Part shown: piece by piece, positions 19,175 to 29,520 of the stretch
How positions within the stretch are numbered: the stretch's first letter is position 1
How the letters are laid out: every line of letters starts with the position of its first letter
Assembly: GCA_963837955.1 (NCBI GenBank)
Contig: CAWIPH010000001.1
Span: forward strand, 256,001 to 320,000
From: an uncultured Verrucomicrobiae bacterium
GTDB taxonomy: Bacteria; Verrucomicrobiota; Verrucomicrobiia; Chthoniobacterales; JAFAMB01
Length of the DNA: 64,000 nucleotides
Reading direction: 5' to 3'
Translations under genes and position numbers: made by a program
The notes under the pieces: generated by a model
Told to the model about the DNA's origin: nothing
Database searches by the model: none
The model's input: the letters and a program-made list of their open reading frames with translations, nothing else

Positions 19175-21829
19175 ATGAAAGCTGATTATTTCCCACGACG
19201 GCTGTTTCCCGTCTGCAGCATCGCAGCGATTGCGATTTCAGGTTTCGCACTAAAGGCGCAAGCTCAGCAAGACTCTCCCAAGGTAGAGAAAAGGGTGGAG
19301 AAGATTCTGTCCCAAATGACGTTGGACGAAAAACTTTCTTACATCAGTGGTATGCCTGTTAACTTCGGCAGCCTAAAGGGAGTGTTTGATATTAAGCCGA
19401 TCCCGCGCCTTGGGCTTCCTGAGATCTACGGAACTGATGGCACAATCGGCCTTACCGGCCAAGGCTTCCCACCCGGCACGCGTTTCCCATCCGGGAACCT
19501 GCTTGCTTCCACCTGGAACGCTGACCGGGCAGTGGAGGAAGGAATCACTCAGGGGCGAGAAGCCAGAGCCCGCGGCATACACGAGGTTTTAGGTCCTGGC
19601 GTCGACTTCTATCGAACATCGTTTGGAGGTCGTAGCCCGGAGTACATGACCGGGGAAGACCCCTTCTTAGGCGCTTCGCTCGTTGCGGCCGAGATCAACG
19701 GCATGCAATCGCAACAGCTCATGGCGACGACAAAACATTATCCGTGCAACGACCAAGAGATTAATCGCGCGTCGATTTCCGTTCAGGTCGACGAACGCAC
19801 CCTGCGCGAAATCTACCTTCCGCCATTTGAGGGCGCAGTGAAACTGGGTCACACGGCGGCTTTGATGAGTGCCTTTAATCAAGTCAACGGAGCATTCGCT
19901 TCTGCGAACCTCTTTACGGAGACTACCGTCTTAAAAGAGGATTGGGGTTTTCGAGGATTTATCGAAACCGATTTTGGCGGTGATCACGATGGACTGCAGG
20001 CCGCCTTGGCTGGAAACGATCTGGACATGCCGGGTGGGTCATTTGCCCAAATGACCAGTGCTAACCTTCTTCCGGCTATTCAGTCAGGTCAGCTTCCCCT
20101 CTCCAATATCGATGACAAAGTGCGCCGGATTCTGCGCGAGATTGTCTCCTTCGGTTTTCTCGATCGTCCACAGCTTGACCCCTCCATTCCGGTACACGAT
20201 CCCCGAAGCAAAACAGCTGCGATCGATGTGGCCCGGGAAGGGATCGTTCTTCTGAAAAACGAGCATGGCACCTTGCCACTGGATAAGAATGCAACTCGTC
20301 GGATTGCCGTTATCGGAATCAATGCACAAGGAGAACCACCAACCTGTGGCGGGAGCGCCTCGGTACCGGCATCCACGGAATTCACCAGCGAAATCGATGG
20401 TATCAAGGCTGAGGTTCCCGGAGCCACCGTGGATTACATCGCAGTCTGCGTTCCGGATCCTAGCAGTGCAGCCTGGCAGACGGGACAAGGTTCGGTTGGG
20501 CTGGTTGGTCAATACTACAACAGTAGCGATCTTTCCGGGTCACCGGTGGCCACGCGCATCGATACCGAACTGAACTTCGCTAGTTTCAATGCGACCAACG
20601 TCCCGGTTTCAAACCCGGCCAGCTTTTCGGCGATCTGGACTGGCAAGATTCAGCCGACTATTACGGGCGATCAAGTCATCAAGGTGTCTACCGGGGGTAA
20701 CGTCCGCGTCTATGTGAACAATCAGCTGATCGTTGACGACTTCTCCCCCACCGCCACATCCGATACACCCATATCCGCGGCTCCGCCGATTGTGCCAACA
20801 TCTGGAAAGATCTCTCTGCAAGGCGGCGTAGCGTATGATATTCGGATCGAGGCAAAGAACTTAGGCGCAGGAGGCTTTTTCAGCACAGGCGGCCTCCAGG
20901 TTAGCTGGGCCCCGCTACAGCCCCCGTCAACGCTGGCCGGTTATAACGCTGTTATTCTCGCTGTCGGAACAAACGAACAATATGAGAGCGAAGGTCATGA
21001 TCGATCTTTTCGGCTCCCGGAACAGCAGGATACGCTGATTCAGAATGTAGCGACGATCAATCCTCGAACTATCGTCGTAGTGCACGGCGGCGGCGGGTTT
21101 GACGTCCAAGCTTGGATTAACCAGGTACCGGCTCTCCTTCATGCGTGGTTCCCCGGCCAGTATGGCGGCCAGGCACTTGCCGAAATCCTATTCGGGGACG
21201 TGAGCCCCTCCGGTAAGTTGCCTATTACGATGGAGAAGCATGCCCAAGATAACCCGGCTTATGCGACCTTTCCTACCGATGCGAATGCGGCGACTATCAA
21301 CTATTCAGAGGGCCTTTTCGTCGGCTACCGAGGATACGAAAAGAACCACGTTCAACCTCAGTATCCTTTTGGATATGGATTATCGTACACGAAATTCGGA
21401 TACTCGGATTTAGAGATCTCTCCCGAGGTTTTGTTTTCTCCCTGGTTTTCGTTCGGTAACGATCGGATCGAAGTGAGCTTCACGGTCACCAATACTGGGC
21501 AACGGCCCGGGGCCGAAATTGCTGAGCTCTATGTTGCGCCCTTGAATCCGCCAGTTGTGCGGCCAGCGAAGGAACTCAAGGGGTTCCAGAAGGTTTATCT
21601 TGGGCCGGGCGAATCCAAGAAGGTGACGATCACGTTGGACAGGAGATCGCTCGCATACTACGATGTCAGTGCCCATGCCTGGGATGCCGCACCCGGTCTC
21701 TACGGGATTCTGATTGGCTCCTCTTCCCAAGACATCCGGCTAAATGGAGCGATACTGAACGTGTTTCCAGCGTCATTGTCGGTGCTTGAGAGCACTCCGG
21801 TGCCACAGCAGGACGGGGACCCGTTTTGA
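19175..21829 (+). CDS. Secreted GH3 beta-glucosidase with PA14 and Fn3-like domains
   Basis: Signal peptide; KHY, LREIYLPPF, WGFRGFIETDF (nucleophile Asp), ESEGHDR, SPSGKLP, YPFGYGLSYT, ELKGFQKV. Confidence 0.93.
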   Translation: MKADYFPRRLFPVCSIAAIAISGFALKAQAQQDSPKVEKRVEKILSQMTLDEKLSYISGMPVNFGSLKGVFDIKPIPRLGLPEIYGTDGTIGLTGQGFPPGTRFPSGNLLASTWNADRAVEEGITQGREARARGIHEVLGPGVDFYRTSFGGRSPEYMTGEDPFLGASLVAAEINGMQSQQLMATTKHYPCNDQEINRASISVQVDERTLREIYLPPFEGAVKLGHTAALMSAFNQVNGAFASANLFTETTVLKEDWGFRGFIETDFGGDHDGLQAALAGNDLDMPGGSFAQMTSANLLPAIQSGQLPLSNIDDKVRRILREIVSFGFLDRPQLDPSIPVHDPRSKTAAIDVAREGIVLLKNEHGTLPLDKNATRRIAVIGINAQGEPPTCGGSASVPASTEFTSEIDGIKAEVPGATVDYIAVCVPDPSSAAWQTGQGSVGLVGQYYNSSDLSGSPVATRIDTELNFASFNATNVPVSNPASFSAIWTGKIQPTITGDQVIKVSTGGNVRVYVNNQLIVDDFSPTATSDTPISAAPPIVPTSGKISLQGGVAYDIRIEAKNLGAGGFFSTGGLQVSWAPLQPPSTLAGYNAVILAVGTNEQYESEGHDRSFRLPEQQDTLIQNVATINPRTIVVVHGGGGFDVQAWINQVPALLHAWFPGQYGGQALAEILFGDVSPSGKLPITMEKHAQDNPAYATFPTDANAATINYSEGLFVGYRGYEKNHVQPQYPFGYGLSYTKFGYSDLEISPEVLFSPWFSFGNDRIEVSFTVTNTGQRPGAEIAELYVAPLNPPVVRPAKELKGFQKVYLGPGESKKVTITLDRRSLAYYDVSAHAWDAAPGLYGILIGSSSQDIRLNGAILNVFPASLSVLESTPVPQQDGDPF

Positions 21830-21897
21830 GGGCCACGGGTTTGACAACCTCTTCTAATGGGCCACGGCCCCAATCACGTATTTTGCAATTCCCTACC

Positions 21898-22413
21898 CTA
21901 ATCAGCCGGTGGCGGTTCGCCCTTGGGAAGCGCGAAGGAAGTGTAATCGCGTCGCAGCTCAAGGCATAACGCTTCGACGACGAGTTCGTGATCGGCACGC
22001 TGCGGTAAACCAGACACGCTAACCGCTCCGATCACGGCAGTCCCTTTGACATGGATAGGAAAGGATCCGCCATGGGCTGAGAAGTCTGCTACCGGAAGCG
22101 CGTACCTTTCGAGCAAAGTCGTCTTGGCTTGTTTGAGGGTGAGTCCGACGGCGTACGAACTGCGATGGAACCGCGCCACAGTGTTACTCTTTCGACGAAT
22201 CCAATCCGCATTATCCGGAACGGACCCCGGGAGAGCGCAGTAAAAAAGGGGCTGCCCGAAATAATGCACATCGATAACGACGGGTAAGCGGCGATCGATC
22301 GCCAGGTCATGCAATCGATGTCCGAGTTGCCAGGCAACATCGAGATCAAACTGCGGAAACGTTAATTCACTTTCCTGACGGTCAATTCTTTCAAGATCGC
22401 GCTGTAAATCCAT
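21898..22413 (-). CDS. Heme-degrading/GlcG-like domain protein (UPF0303)
   Basis: AWQLG, DNADWIRRKSNTVARFHRSS, HGGSFP, VSGLPQRADH. Confidence 0.88.
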   Translation of the reverse strand: MDLQRDLERIDRQESELTFPQFDLDVAWQLGHRLHDLAIDRRLPVVIDVHYFGQPLFYCALPGSVPDNADWIRRKSNTVARFHRSSYAVGLTLKQAKTTLLERYALPVADFSAHGGSFPIHVKGTAVIGAVSVSGLPQRADHELVVEALCLELRRDYTSFALPKGEPPPAD

Positions 22414-22536
22414 ATTGTCCTTCTCCACTGGCCTAAGCCAAGAAGCTGACACAAGAAACTATTCAGGAAACAGGATACTTCTGAATCGATCCGCCATTCG
22501 CCGTTTTCTCTAGGCAAATGCCTCTCCCAACTCTCC

Positions 22537-22569
22537 TGACATAAGGCTGTCACAGCCAGGATCTATCCT
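22537..22569 (+). promoter_or_regulatory. Putative WYL-regulator site and promoter: TGACA-N6-TGTCA overlapping TGTCAC-N10-TATCCT
   Basis: TGACA 22537-41, TGTCA 22548-52, 10-nt spacer 22554-63, TATCCT 22564-69; YafY-type gene about 770 bp downstream. Confidence 0.55.
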
Positions 22570-22645
22570 GCTGGCAGCACTCGATCGGATGTGTTGTCTG
22601 CTTCCTAATCGGCTGCCTTTAAACGCTCAACGAAGAGGACCTACT

Positions 22646-23029
22646 ATGACCACTACTTGGAAACACCTGACATTGACTGATCACGATGCGGATCTGCACG
22701 AACCGGAGTTTGCTTCGTCGCCTTGCAGCATCAAATTCGGTGCGGAACACGATCGCTTGCTAAAAGAGATCGAGGAGTCCGGGCAACAATTTGAGATTGA
22801 GCAGGAAGTCCGTAAGGCTGCTGCCCAGCGCAAGCGTTCCATCGAGCTTTTTGACCCGGTTGAAGATTGGCTTTACTCGCTGATTGCAGCGGCTGCCATC
22901 TTCGCTCTGCTCCTCGGAGTTCTCTGGTTGCCGGATTTCTCGACGTCAAGAGCGGGAGCAGCCGTCGCCAGTCAATCGCAAGCGATCGAGCGGCATCTGC
23001 CGAGCCAAGGCAAGGATGGCAAATTCTAA
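22646..23029 (+). CDS. Hypothetical single-TM protein
   Basis: GAAGGA RBS before ATG 22646; acidic N-terminus, TM WLYSLIAAAAIFALLLGVLWL. Confidence 0.6.
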   Translation: MTTTWKHLTLTDHDADLHEPEFASSPCSIKFGAEHDRLLKEIEESGQQFEIEQEVRKAAAQRKRSIELFDPVEDWLYSLIAAAAIFALLLGVLWLPDFSTSRAGAAVASQSQAIERHLPSQGKDGKF

Positions 23030-23201
23030 CCATTAGCCGCTGAGTTCGGTGGGACCAAACATGCAGCGCCCGATATGGCGTGTTGCCGGCCTCCATCTCC
23101 GTTGTTGCGGGGGTCGGCTCGACAGCGAGGAGCGTTCCCGCAGCCGCCATGCGCGTCAACATATAAGACCGATGTCTGATTCTCTGCCAAGGGGGCGCAT
23201 T

Positions 23202-23242
23202 GTCCTCGTGCGCCGCGGATCGCGAGGCTGCGATCCCTCCCC
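23202..23242. repeat. ~54-bp hairpin repeat family (partial copy)
   Basis: cctcgtgcgccgcggatcgcgagg..gcgatccctcccc; also at 8287, 8518, 28135, 39108 and 41952. Confidence 0.85.
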
Positions 23243-23335
23243 GCCCGGGTGGGGGATTGACCGAGAGTTCCTCGGTTCAAAATTTCTCATTCTTGAGTAG
23301 CAGACTCCGCGATCCAATGCCCTATTTTATAGTTA

Positions 23336-24301
23336 GTGAACCGAATCGATCGACTCGTCGCTATCCTCATCTACATGCAGGGTCGCAGGGTTACCCGCGC
23401 CGAGGATATTGCCGATGAATTCGCAACGAGTATCCGCACAGTCTATCGAGACATCGCCGCCTTGGGCGAAGCAGGTGTCCCCGTCGTCGGTGAAGCCGGC
23501 GTCGGATACAGCATAATGAGGGGATACCATCTTCCACCCGTGCACTTTACCACCGAAGAAGCTACCGCACTGATGACCGCCAGCATGTTGATGGATCGTT
23601 TTGCCGACAGCTCGCTCATGCGGTCCATGAGCTCAGCGTTAGCAAAAATCCGCGCAGTTCTCCCCCCGGACCGCCAGGATCACATTGCCCGCCTCGAAAG
23701 CAGGATGTCGCTGCCAAGCACTGCACCCCCAAGTCAACCGGCCAATCTTTTTCTGATACAGAAAGCGCTGGCAGATCGCACGGTCCTGCGGATTTCTTAT
23801 CGTGGCTCGGGCGCAGCAGAACCGCTACGGCGCGAAATCGAACCGTTAGGATTGACCTATTACGGCGACCGATGGCATCTCATTGCTTGGTGCCGAGTCC
23901 GGCAGGATTACCGCGACTTCCGGACCGATCGGATCCAGGCCATGTCGTCTTTGGCCGAACAATTCGGAGCCCATGATCGTTTTTCTTTAACCGATTTTCT
24001 CGGGAGATGGGATGATCCGTCCCAACGCGTCAACGGATTGATCCGAGTCGATCCGTTCGCGGCCGAGCGTATCCGAAAAGAAGCTCCATTCAAGATTCTC
24101 CACGAAGAACGTAACGAACAGGGCGTTACCTTTGCCATCGAAGGCGGCAAATGGGAATGGTATATCGGCTGGTTCCTCTCTTTTGGAGATCACCTTACCG
24201 TTGTTGAACCCGACGATCTACGCATGCTGGTCTGCCAAACGGCCCAGTCGACTGCAAACCACCACAGTACGACCGCACAGACAGACACCCCGAACGGCTA
24301 A
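23336..24301 (+). CDS. YafY family HTH-WYL-WCX transcriptional regulator
   Basis: MNRIDRLVAIL; SIRTVYRDIAAL; GEAGVGY; LPPVHFTTEEA; WHLIAWCRVRQDYRDFRTDRI. Confidence 0.93.
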   Translation: MNRIDRLVAILIYMQGRRVTRAEDIADEFATSIRTVYRDIAALGEAGVPVVGEAGVGYSIMRGYHLPPVHFTTEEATALMTASMLMDRFADSSLMRSMSSALAKIRAVLPPDRQDHIARLESRMSLPSTAPPSQPANLFLIQKALADRTVLRISYRGSGAAEPLRREIEPLGLTYYGDRWHLIAWCRVRQDYRDFRTDRIQAMSSLAEQFGAHDRFSLTDFLGRWDDPSQRVNGLIRVDPFAAERIRKEAPFKILHEERNEQGVTFAIEGGKWEWYIGWFLSFGDHLTVVEPDDLRMLVCQTAQSTANHHSTTAQTDTPNG

Positions 24302-24371
24302 GGACCAGCAGTTGCCCGACAAACCAAGATTGCGCTCGGAACGAGCGAACGCGGAACCGCTCCAGATTGTA

Positions 24372-25772
24372 TCAGCTTGTCTGTTCCTCATCCGCCAAAT
24401 AGCGAATCCGTTTGTTAACGTCCGTGTTAATCGAGTGATAAGGCTGGGCCAAGTTACCCTGCGCAAAAAGGGTTCTACGCATGTATTCCATGTCGTCTTC
24501 GCCGATCGCATCCGTGAAAATTGGTAACAAATAGTCTATGCCGACGCGCGAAGGTTTCATCAGCTTTGGATCATAGAGCGATGGATGCATCCGGCGCGCG
24601 TGAACGTATCCCCAGCGATCCCGGAAGCGGTTTGCATCATATCCTTCGACGTGGAAGCCCCGGCTGGAGTTATATTGCAGAATGGCGACAGCATTGTTTT
24701 GTCCTTCCAACAGGAGTTCTACGGCCTTGGCGCCAAGTTGAGCAGCGTAGAATCGATCGAAAAGGATCGGTCTTCCGCCTCGCTGGGTATGGCCAACTTT
24801 ACGAGTGAAGATCGCTTCGCGGGCCGAATTACCACGTCGATAAAGCTGAAAATAGCGATCGCCGATCATCTGCATAAATTTGTGCCGTAGCGCTTCGGCC
24901 GCACCGCTCAACGCGATATTGCCAGCCGGATCGGTGGTCCTAGTTTCATCGCCGAGCTCCCGACCCTGTTCATCAACGATTCCTTCGCCACAGACAATCA
25001 CGACATTCTTCTGTAGGTCGTACAGCTGCTTTACCCGCTCTACCAGTCGTTCTAGATCCAGAGGATGCTCGGGCAAGAGGATGATGTCCGGCCGGCCGTA
25101 GGCCGAACCAAGCGCGATGTAACCAGAGTGACGCCCCATCACTTCGATAATCGCGATTCGCCGATGGCTTTCCGCTGTGGTGCGAATACGCTCTACACCG
25201 CCAGCTGACACGAATACCGCAGTCGCGTAGCCAGGAGTGACATAATTGACAACGTATTCCAGGTCGAAGACCGCCTGAACACCTCTATGCTCGTAGCGAT
25301 ATCCACTTTTGGAGTCTTGGCCGTTTACGCGGACCCATTCATCGGGTTCGCTCGGATAATTGAGGCCGAGATCATTATCGATGGTTTTCGGTGCGAGGAC
25401 AGTAGGCAGGCGTTCAGCCAGTGGTTGCAGGCCGTTGAGTGTGCCGTCGCCTCCGACACAGATGAGCCCTTCAATGCCAAGCCTTTTCAGACGTGACGCG
25501 ATCAAGTCCAGTTCGGTCTTTCTTTCCGGGTCCACGAAGTCCCGCGACGAACCGATCATGGTACCGCCCTTGGTGGGGTCAATCTCCGGAATCTCCTGGT
25601 AGAGCGGGTTGAGATGAACGTGGGGAACACGCGGGTTAAAGAGACAATTGAAGCCTTTGATCAAGCCAAAGATTTCGACCTTGAGCTGGTTGGCCCGAAC
25701 AACCGCGCCCTGGATTGTAGCGTTCATTGCCGGCGTGTCACCGCCTGCGGTCAGGATCCCAATGCGTTTCAT
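24372..25772 (-). CDS. pfkA: 6-phosphofructokinase (PfkA family)
   Basis: GILTAGGDTPAMNA, GGDGT, PKTIDND, EVMGRHSG, GHTQRGG. Confidence 0.88.
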   Translation of the reverse strand: MKRIGILTAGGDTPAMNATIQGAVVRANQLKVEIFGLIKGFNCLFNPRVPHVHLNPLYQEIPEIDPTKGGTMIGSSRDFVDPERKTELDLIASRLKRLGIEGLICVGGDGTLNGLQPLAERLPTVLAPKTIDNDLGLNYPSEPDEWVRVNGQDSKSGYRYEHRGVQAVFDLEYVVNYVTPGYATAVFVSAGGVERIRTTAESHRRIAIIEVMGRHSGYIALGSAYGRPDIILLPEHPLDLERLVERVKQLYDLQKNVVIVCGEGIVDEQGRELGDETRTTDPAGNIALSGAAEALRHKFMQMIGDRYFQLYRRGNSAREAIFTRKVGHTQRGGRPILFDRFYAAQLGAKAVELLLEGQNNAVAILQYNSSRGFHVEGYDANRFRDRWGYVHARRMHPSLYDPKLMKPSRVGIDYLLPIFTDAIGEDDMEYMRRTLFAQGNLAQPYHSINTDVNKRIRYLADEEQTS

Positions 25773-25963
25773 GATGCGTTCACAAACGTTTGATTTGATC
25801 GGCCCAATAGTGTCAGCCAGTCTCTAGTAGTCCCGACAACACTTCGATTCCATGGGTTTTGTTTTAGAGGCTATGTACGTGCGCTACCCGCAGAACCTCC
25901 ACGTGGAGGTGAAGTGAATTCGAGGAGCCAGAATTCAGACGCGAGGCAGGTTCCTTCTGCCAG

Positions 25964-27895
25964 TCACTTCGACAAAAAATCCTCGACGAATTTGACCGTC
26001 GCGTAAAACTCAAAGTCGACGTTCGGTTTTTTGGCAAAGCCGTGGCCTTCATTTTTGGCCACCAAGTACCAAACCGGTTGTCCGCGAGCTCTGAGCGCAT
26101 CGACCATCTGCTGTCCTTCGGTGACCGGGACCCGAGGATCATTCTGTCCGGCGACGACAAAGAGCGGTTTGGTAATTTTGTCGATGTTGTTCAAAGGCGA
26201 AATCTTCAAGAGAAACTCCCGCATGGTCGGGTCGCGTTCGTCGCCGTATTCAACTCGACGCAGATCGCGCCGGTAAGCCTCAGTGTGTTCCAGAAAAGTA
26301 ACGAAATTGGAGATACCAACCACATCCAAAGAGCAGCGGATCCGATCAGCATAGTGGAACGAACAGGCCAGAGTCATATAGCCACCGTAACTGCCTCCGG
26401 TGATCATGATACGGTCAGAATCAAGATCCGGACGGGTCTTAATCCAATCCAGCAGCGCGCCAATGTCTTTCACCGAGTCTTCTCGCTTCGTCCCGTTATC
26501 GAGGTCGAGAAAGGTTTTGCCGTATCCATCCGACCCTCGGACGTTCGGAAAGATCATGGCGACGCCCACTTCATTTAGGAAATAGTTGTATCGACCCAAA
26601 TAAACCGGTCGGAACTGGGCTTCCGGTCCACCATGGATATCCACGATCACCGGCAACTTCTGCGACGATTTGGATGGGTTACGATAGAGGAAGCCGGAAA
26701 TCGTGCGCCCGTCGAAAGTGGGCCATTTCACTAGTTCCGGTTTAACAAAGGAATCCGCCGGAATACCGCCGGTTTCGCTTTCGGTCCAGCGCTCGATTGT
26801 CTTCGATCGAGCGTCGACGGTGAACACATCTGAGGGCGCATTCGCGGAAGAAATGGTGAATGCGAGGGTATGATTATCGTGATGCCAATCAAGCGTCGAA
26901 ATTACCCCGTCGGGAAGACCAGCGACCTGGGAGTATTGGTTAGATGCAGTATCCATCAAATAGAGACGACTGATTCCATCCTCGTTAGTTACGAAAGCCA
27001 ACTCAGAACCGTCCTCCGACAACCTAACGAGCTCGACACCCCAATTGATCTTTCCGGTGAGTGGTTCGAAAGCATTCGTTTTCAGATCGAGCCGCCCCAG
27101 TCTCTGAAACTCCGAACCCTGGTTGCTGGTAAGGTATAAATATTTGCCATCTTTGCTGAACGTAGCGGTCCCATAAGCGACCTTTTCGCCGGGCCCAGCC
27201 GGATTGATTTGAGTCATCTTCCCGGAACTAACGTCGACCAAAAAGAGATTCGTTTCGTTGATCGAGATTTCCTGCATCACCAGCAGGGTCTTATCGTCGG
27301 GCGCCCAGTCGAGTGGGTGCCAGCCCGCAGTATTAACCTGCGCTACCAGGTGGTCGGTCGCTTTGTTGGCGTCCACTATTACGTAGATATCGCTATCCTT
27401 GCCATTTCGCCGAGTAGAGGTGTAGGCAAGTTGATTTCCGCGGTGAGACCAAGCGTCTAGGCTGTTTTGCGATTTTCCGTCGGTCAATAGCGTGATATCG
27501 CCGTTCTTAAGGTCGAATCGATAATTCTGGTAAAACTCGTTTCCGCCAACGTCTTTGCTCAGCACAAAATAACCGGCGTCCTCTTCCGGAAAACTGGCTC
27601 CAGAAACCCTGTCCGGAAAGAAGGTCAATTGTTTTCTATCGCCGCCTGGCGTTTTAACCAAGTGCACCTGCGGCGTTTCCGCAAACCTGGTGAGGATGAG
27701 CATTTCCCGAGTTGACGGGTTCCAACTGCTGAACTTGGCCTGTCGCGATTCCGTGTATTTTCTCGTTTTCTCCGCGATACTCACCGGGATCGGTGGAATC
27801 CCGTTCACGACTAAATTGTCGTTGGGTCGAATGCTGGGTTCTTCACCAAAAGCTGAGCCGGCCACAGCGGCCATCGCCAAAATGTATTTCAACAT
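25964..27895 (-). CDS. Secreted S9 family peptidase (beta-propeller + alpha/beta hydrolase)
   Basis: IHGGPE, NVRGSDGYGK, GGSYGG nucleophile, NDPRVP, EGHGF. Confidence 0.93.
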   Translation of the reverse strand: MLKYILAMAAVAGSAFGEEPSIRPNDNLVVNGIPPIPVSIAEKTRKYTESRQAKFSSWNPSTREMLILTRFAETPQVHLVKTPGGDRKQLTFFPDRVSGASFPEEDAGYFVLSKDVGGNEFYQNYRFDLKNGDITLLTDGKSQNSLDAWSHRGNQLAYTSTRRNGKDSDIYVIVDANKATDHLVAQVNTAGWHPLDWAPDDKTLLVMQEISINETNLFLVDVSSGKMTQINPAGPGEKVAYGTATFSKDGKYLYLTSNQGSEFQRLGRLDLKTNAFEPLTGKINWGVELVRLSEDGSELAFVTNEDGISRLYLMDTASNQYSQVAGLPDGVISTLDWHHDNHTLAFTISSANAPSDVFTVDARSKTIERWTESETGGIPADSFVKPELVKWPTFDGRTISGFLYRNPSKSSQKLPVIVDIHGGPEAQFRPVYLGRYNYFLNEVGVAMIFPNVRGSDGYGKTFLDLDNGTKREDSVKDIGALLDWIKTRPDLDSDRIMITGGSYGGYMTLACSFHYADRIRCSLDVVGISNFVTFLEHTEAYRRDLRRVEYGDERDPTMREFLLKISPLNNIDKITKPLFVVAGQNDPRVPVTEGQQMVDALRARGQPVWYLVAKNEGHGFAKKPNVDFEFYATVKFVEDFLSK

Positions 27896-28101
27896 ACTTC
27901 TAAAGGGTAGAATCTAGGATGTAGAAGGTTACGCGTTTCAATCGTTTCCGGACCTCTTCTTTGCCTCCTTTATTACCTTCTGTCTAAAGAATCTCCCACA
28001 ACCGCGCCAAGACGCGGGAGCGGCTCCGGCAGAGCGTTCGTCCTATCCGCCTCCGCTGCGCTATGCCGCGACACGCCGATCAGGGGTGTTGTCCCAGCGT
28101 T

Positions 28102-28188
28102 GGTAGGGCGAAAATTTATTTGAGCCGGAAGGGCGGGGAGGGATCGCAGCCTCGTGCGCCGCGGATCGCGAGGACGCGATCCCTCCCC
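28102..28188. repeat. GGTAGGGCGAAAATTTATTTGAGCCGGAA motif plus a full hairpin repeat copy
   Basis: 29-bp motif identical to 41851-41879; hairpin ggggagggatcgc...gcgatccctcccc at 28135-28188. Confidence 0.85.
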
Positions 28189-28245
28189 GGGGTTTTAACC
28201 AGGTTTTAACCCCGGCAAAGATCAGGAGATCGGATTCGTCGTAAG

Positions 28246-28824
28246 TCAGAAAGGCTCCGAAATTTTAGTTGTAACCGGCGGTGCCCCACCCTTGTAGTCC
28301 AGCTGTAAGATCAAATTGAAAACGGTTGGATCCCACGGATCGGGAACAGCATCGCGCGAGGCGCCAAGCGCGAATGCCAGGTCCGGGATATGGCCATGAT
28401 GCCAACAGATCAAAACAAATTTCTGATCGTATTTTTTGTCTGACAGTAACTCCTGAGCCAACGCAGCAAAGTCTTCGTCGGCAAAGGTGTCATCGATTGG
28501 AACGCCGATCTTTTTGGAAAGCGGTTTGACTGTTTCGACCGGGCGGTTACTCCGCTTTGACCGGGCCGACGCAAAGACAAAATCAGGGGCGCCGAACGTC
28601 TGCGGCACATAGTCCACCAACTTTTCCGCTCGAGCTCTGCCGGCAGCAGTAAGATCGGGGTCTTTTATATCGTCGGGTTTTTCTGCGTGACGAATGATCA
28701 GGATAAGTCGCGGACCGGTCCGGATCACGGAATCGTCGTTAGGTGCCGCGACGAGTGAGGGCGTAAGCCAACTCGTCAGGGGAACGAGCAAAAAGATCAA
28801 GGCGGATCGCAAAGCGGTGATCAT
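28246..28824 (-). CDS. Secreted histidine phosphatase superfamily (phosphoglycerate mutase-like) protein
   Basis: IIRHAEK, LTAAGRARA, RPVETV, LICWHH; signal peptide. Confidence 0.8.
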   Translation of the reverse strand: MITALRSALIFLLVPLTSWLTPSLVAAPNDDSVIRTGPRLILIIRHAEKPDDIKDPDLTAAGRARAEKLVDYVPQTFGAPDFVFASARSKRSNRPVETVKPLSKKIGVPIDDTFADEDFAALAQELLSDKKYDQKFVLICWHHGHIPDLAFALGASRDAVPDPWDPTVFNLILQLDYKGGAPPVTTKISEPF

Positions 28825-28989
28825 TCAATACGTTATCATAGCCGCAAGGAACGCAGAAGCGGGCACTCCGGAAAGCATACGGAATGCAGGGAAACTCCTG
28901 ATAAGGGAACCTCTCCTAGTGCAAAATGCGTGTTCACGCTCTATGGTTCTGGATCTCCGAAAACAGCCCCCCTTAGAAGGACCCCCCAT

Positions 28990-29154
28990 ATGCCTCTCTA
29001 CGAATATCTCTGCAAGAAGTGTGACAAGCATTTCACCGTGACGATGACCGTTAGCGAACACGACAAAAAACGCATTCTTTGCCCGGACTGCAAAAACGCC
29101 AAAGTGGTTCCGCAGTTCCAATCGTTTTTCGCAAAGACTTCCAGGAAAAGCTGA
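28990..29154 (+). CDS. FmdB family zinc-ribbon protein
   Basis: MPLYEYLCKKC...CPDC. Confidence 0.88.
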   Translation: MPLYEYLCKKCDKHFTVTMTVSEHDKKRILCPDCKNAKVVPQFQSFFAKTSRKS

Positions 29155-29218
29155 AGCCTCGTTAGCTCATATCGGGATCCCGCGGACGTGCGTGCTTAGA
29201 AGCGTGCGCAGAAAGCGA

Positions 29219-29443
29219 GTCCCGGAGGGACCCGGTGAAAGCAGCCCAGTACGAAGTGCTGGGTGACGTTAAAAAAACGACCCGTCCCGGACGGGACGAT
29301 CGACGGGGCTTATGCTGGTGAAGCCGCATACGATAGAACCGGGAGCCGAGACATTTCGATCGTCCCTAACGGGACGGGCACCTCTGTTTTGCATAATTCC
29401 CAGCACTTCGTACTGGGCTATTTTCATCGGGTCCCTCCGGGAC
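29219..29443. mobile_element. Palindromic MITE/REPIN-like element, one internal module
   Basis: Ends gtcccggagggac...cccagtacgaagtgctggg / cccagcacttcgtactggg...gtccctccgggac. Confidence 0.8.
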
Positions 29444-29520
29444 GACCCCTCTCGGCGCATATGCTTCCTCTTATATTGACGCACATCCGCGGACGCGGGA
29501 CCGCCACCGTTTCTTTTCCC

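Noticed and set aside
23336..24301. WYL regulator of a defence island (BrxR/CapW type)
   Set aside because: It has YafY-type sequence motifs and no defence genes lie in the neighbourhood.
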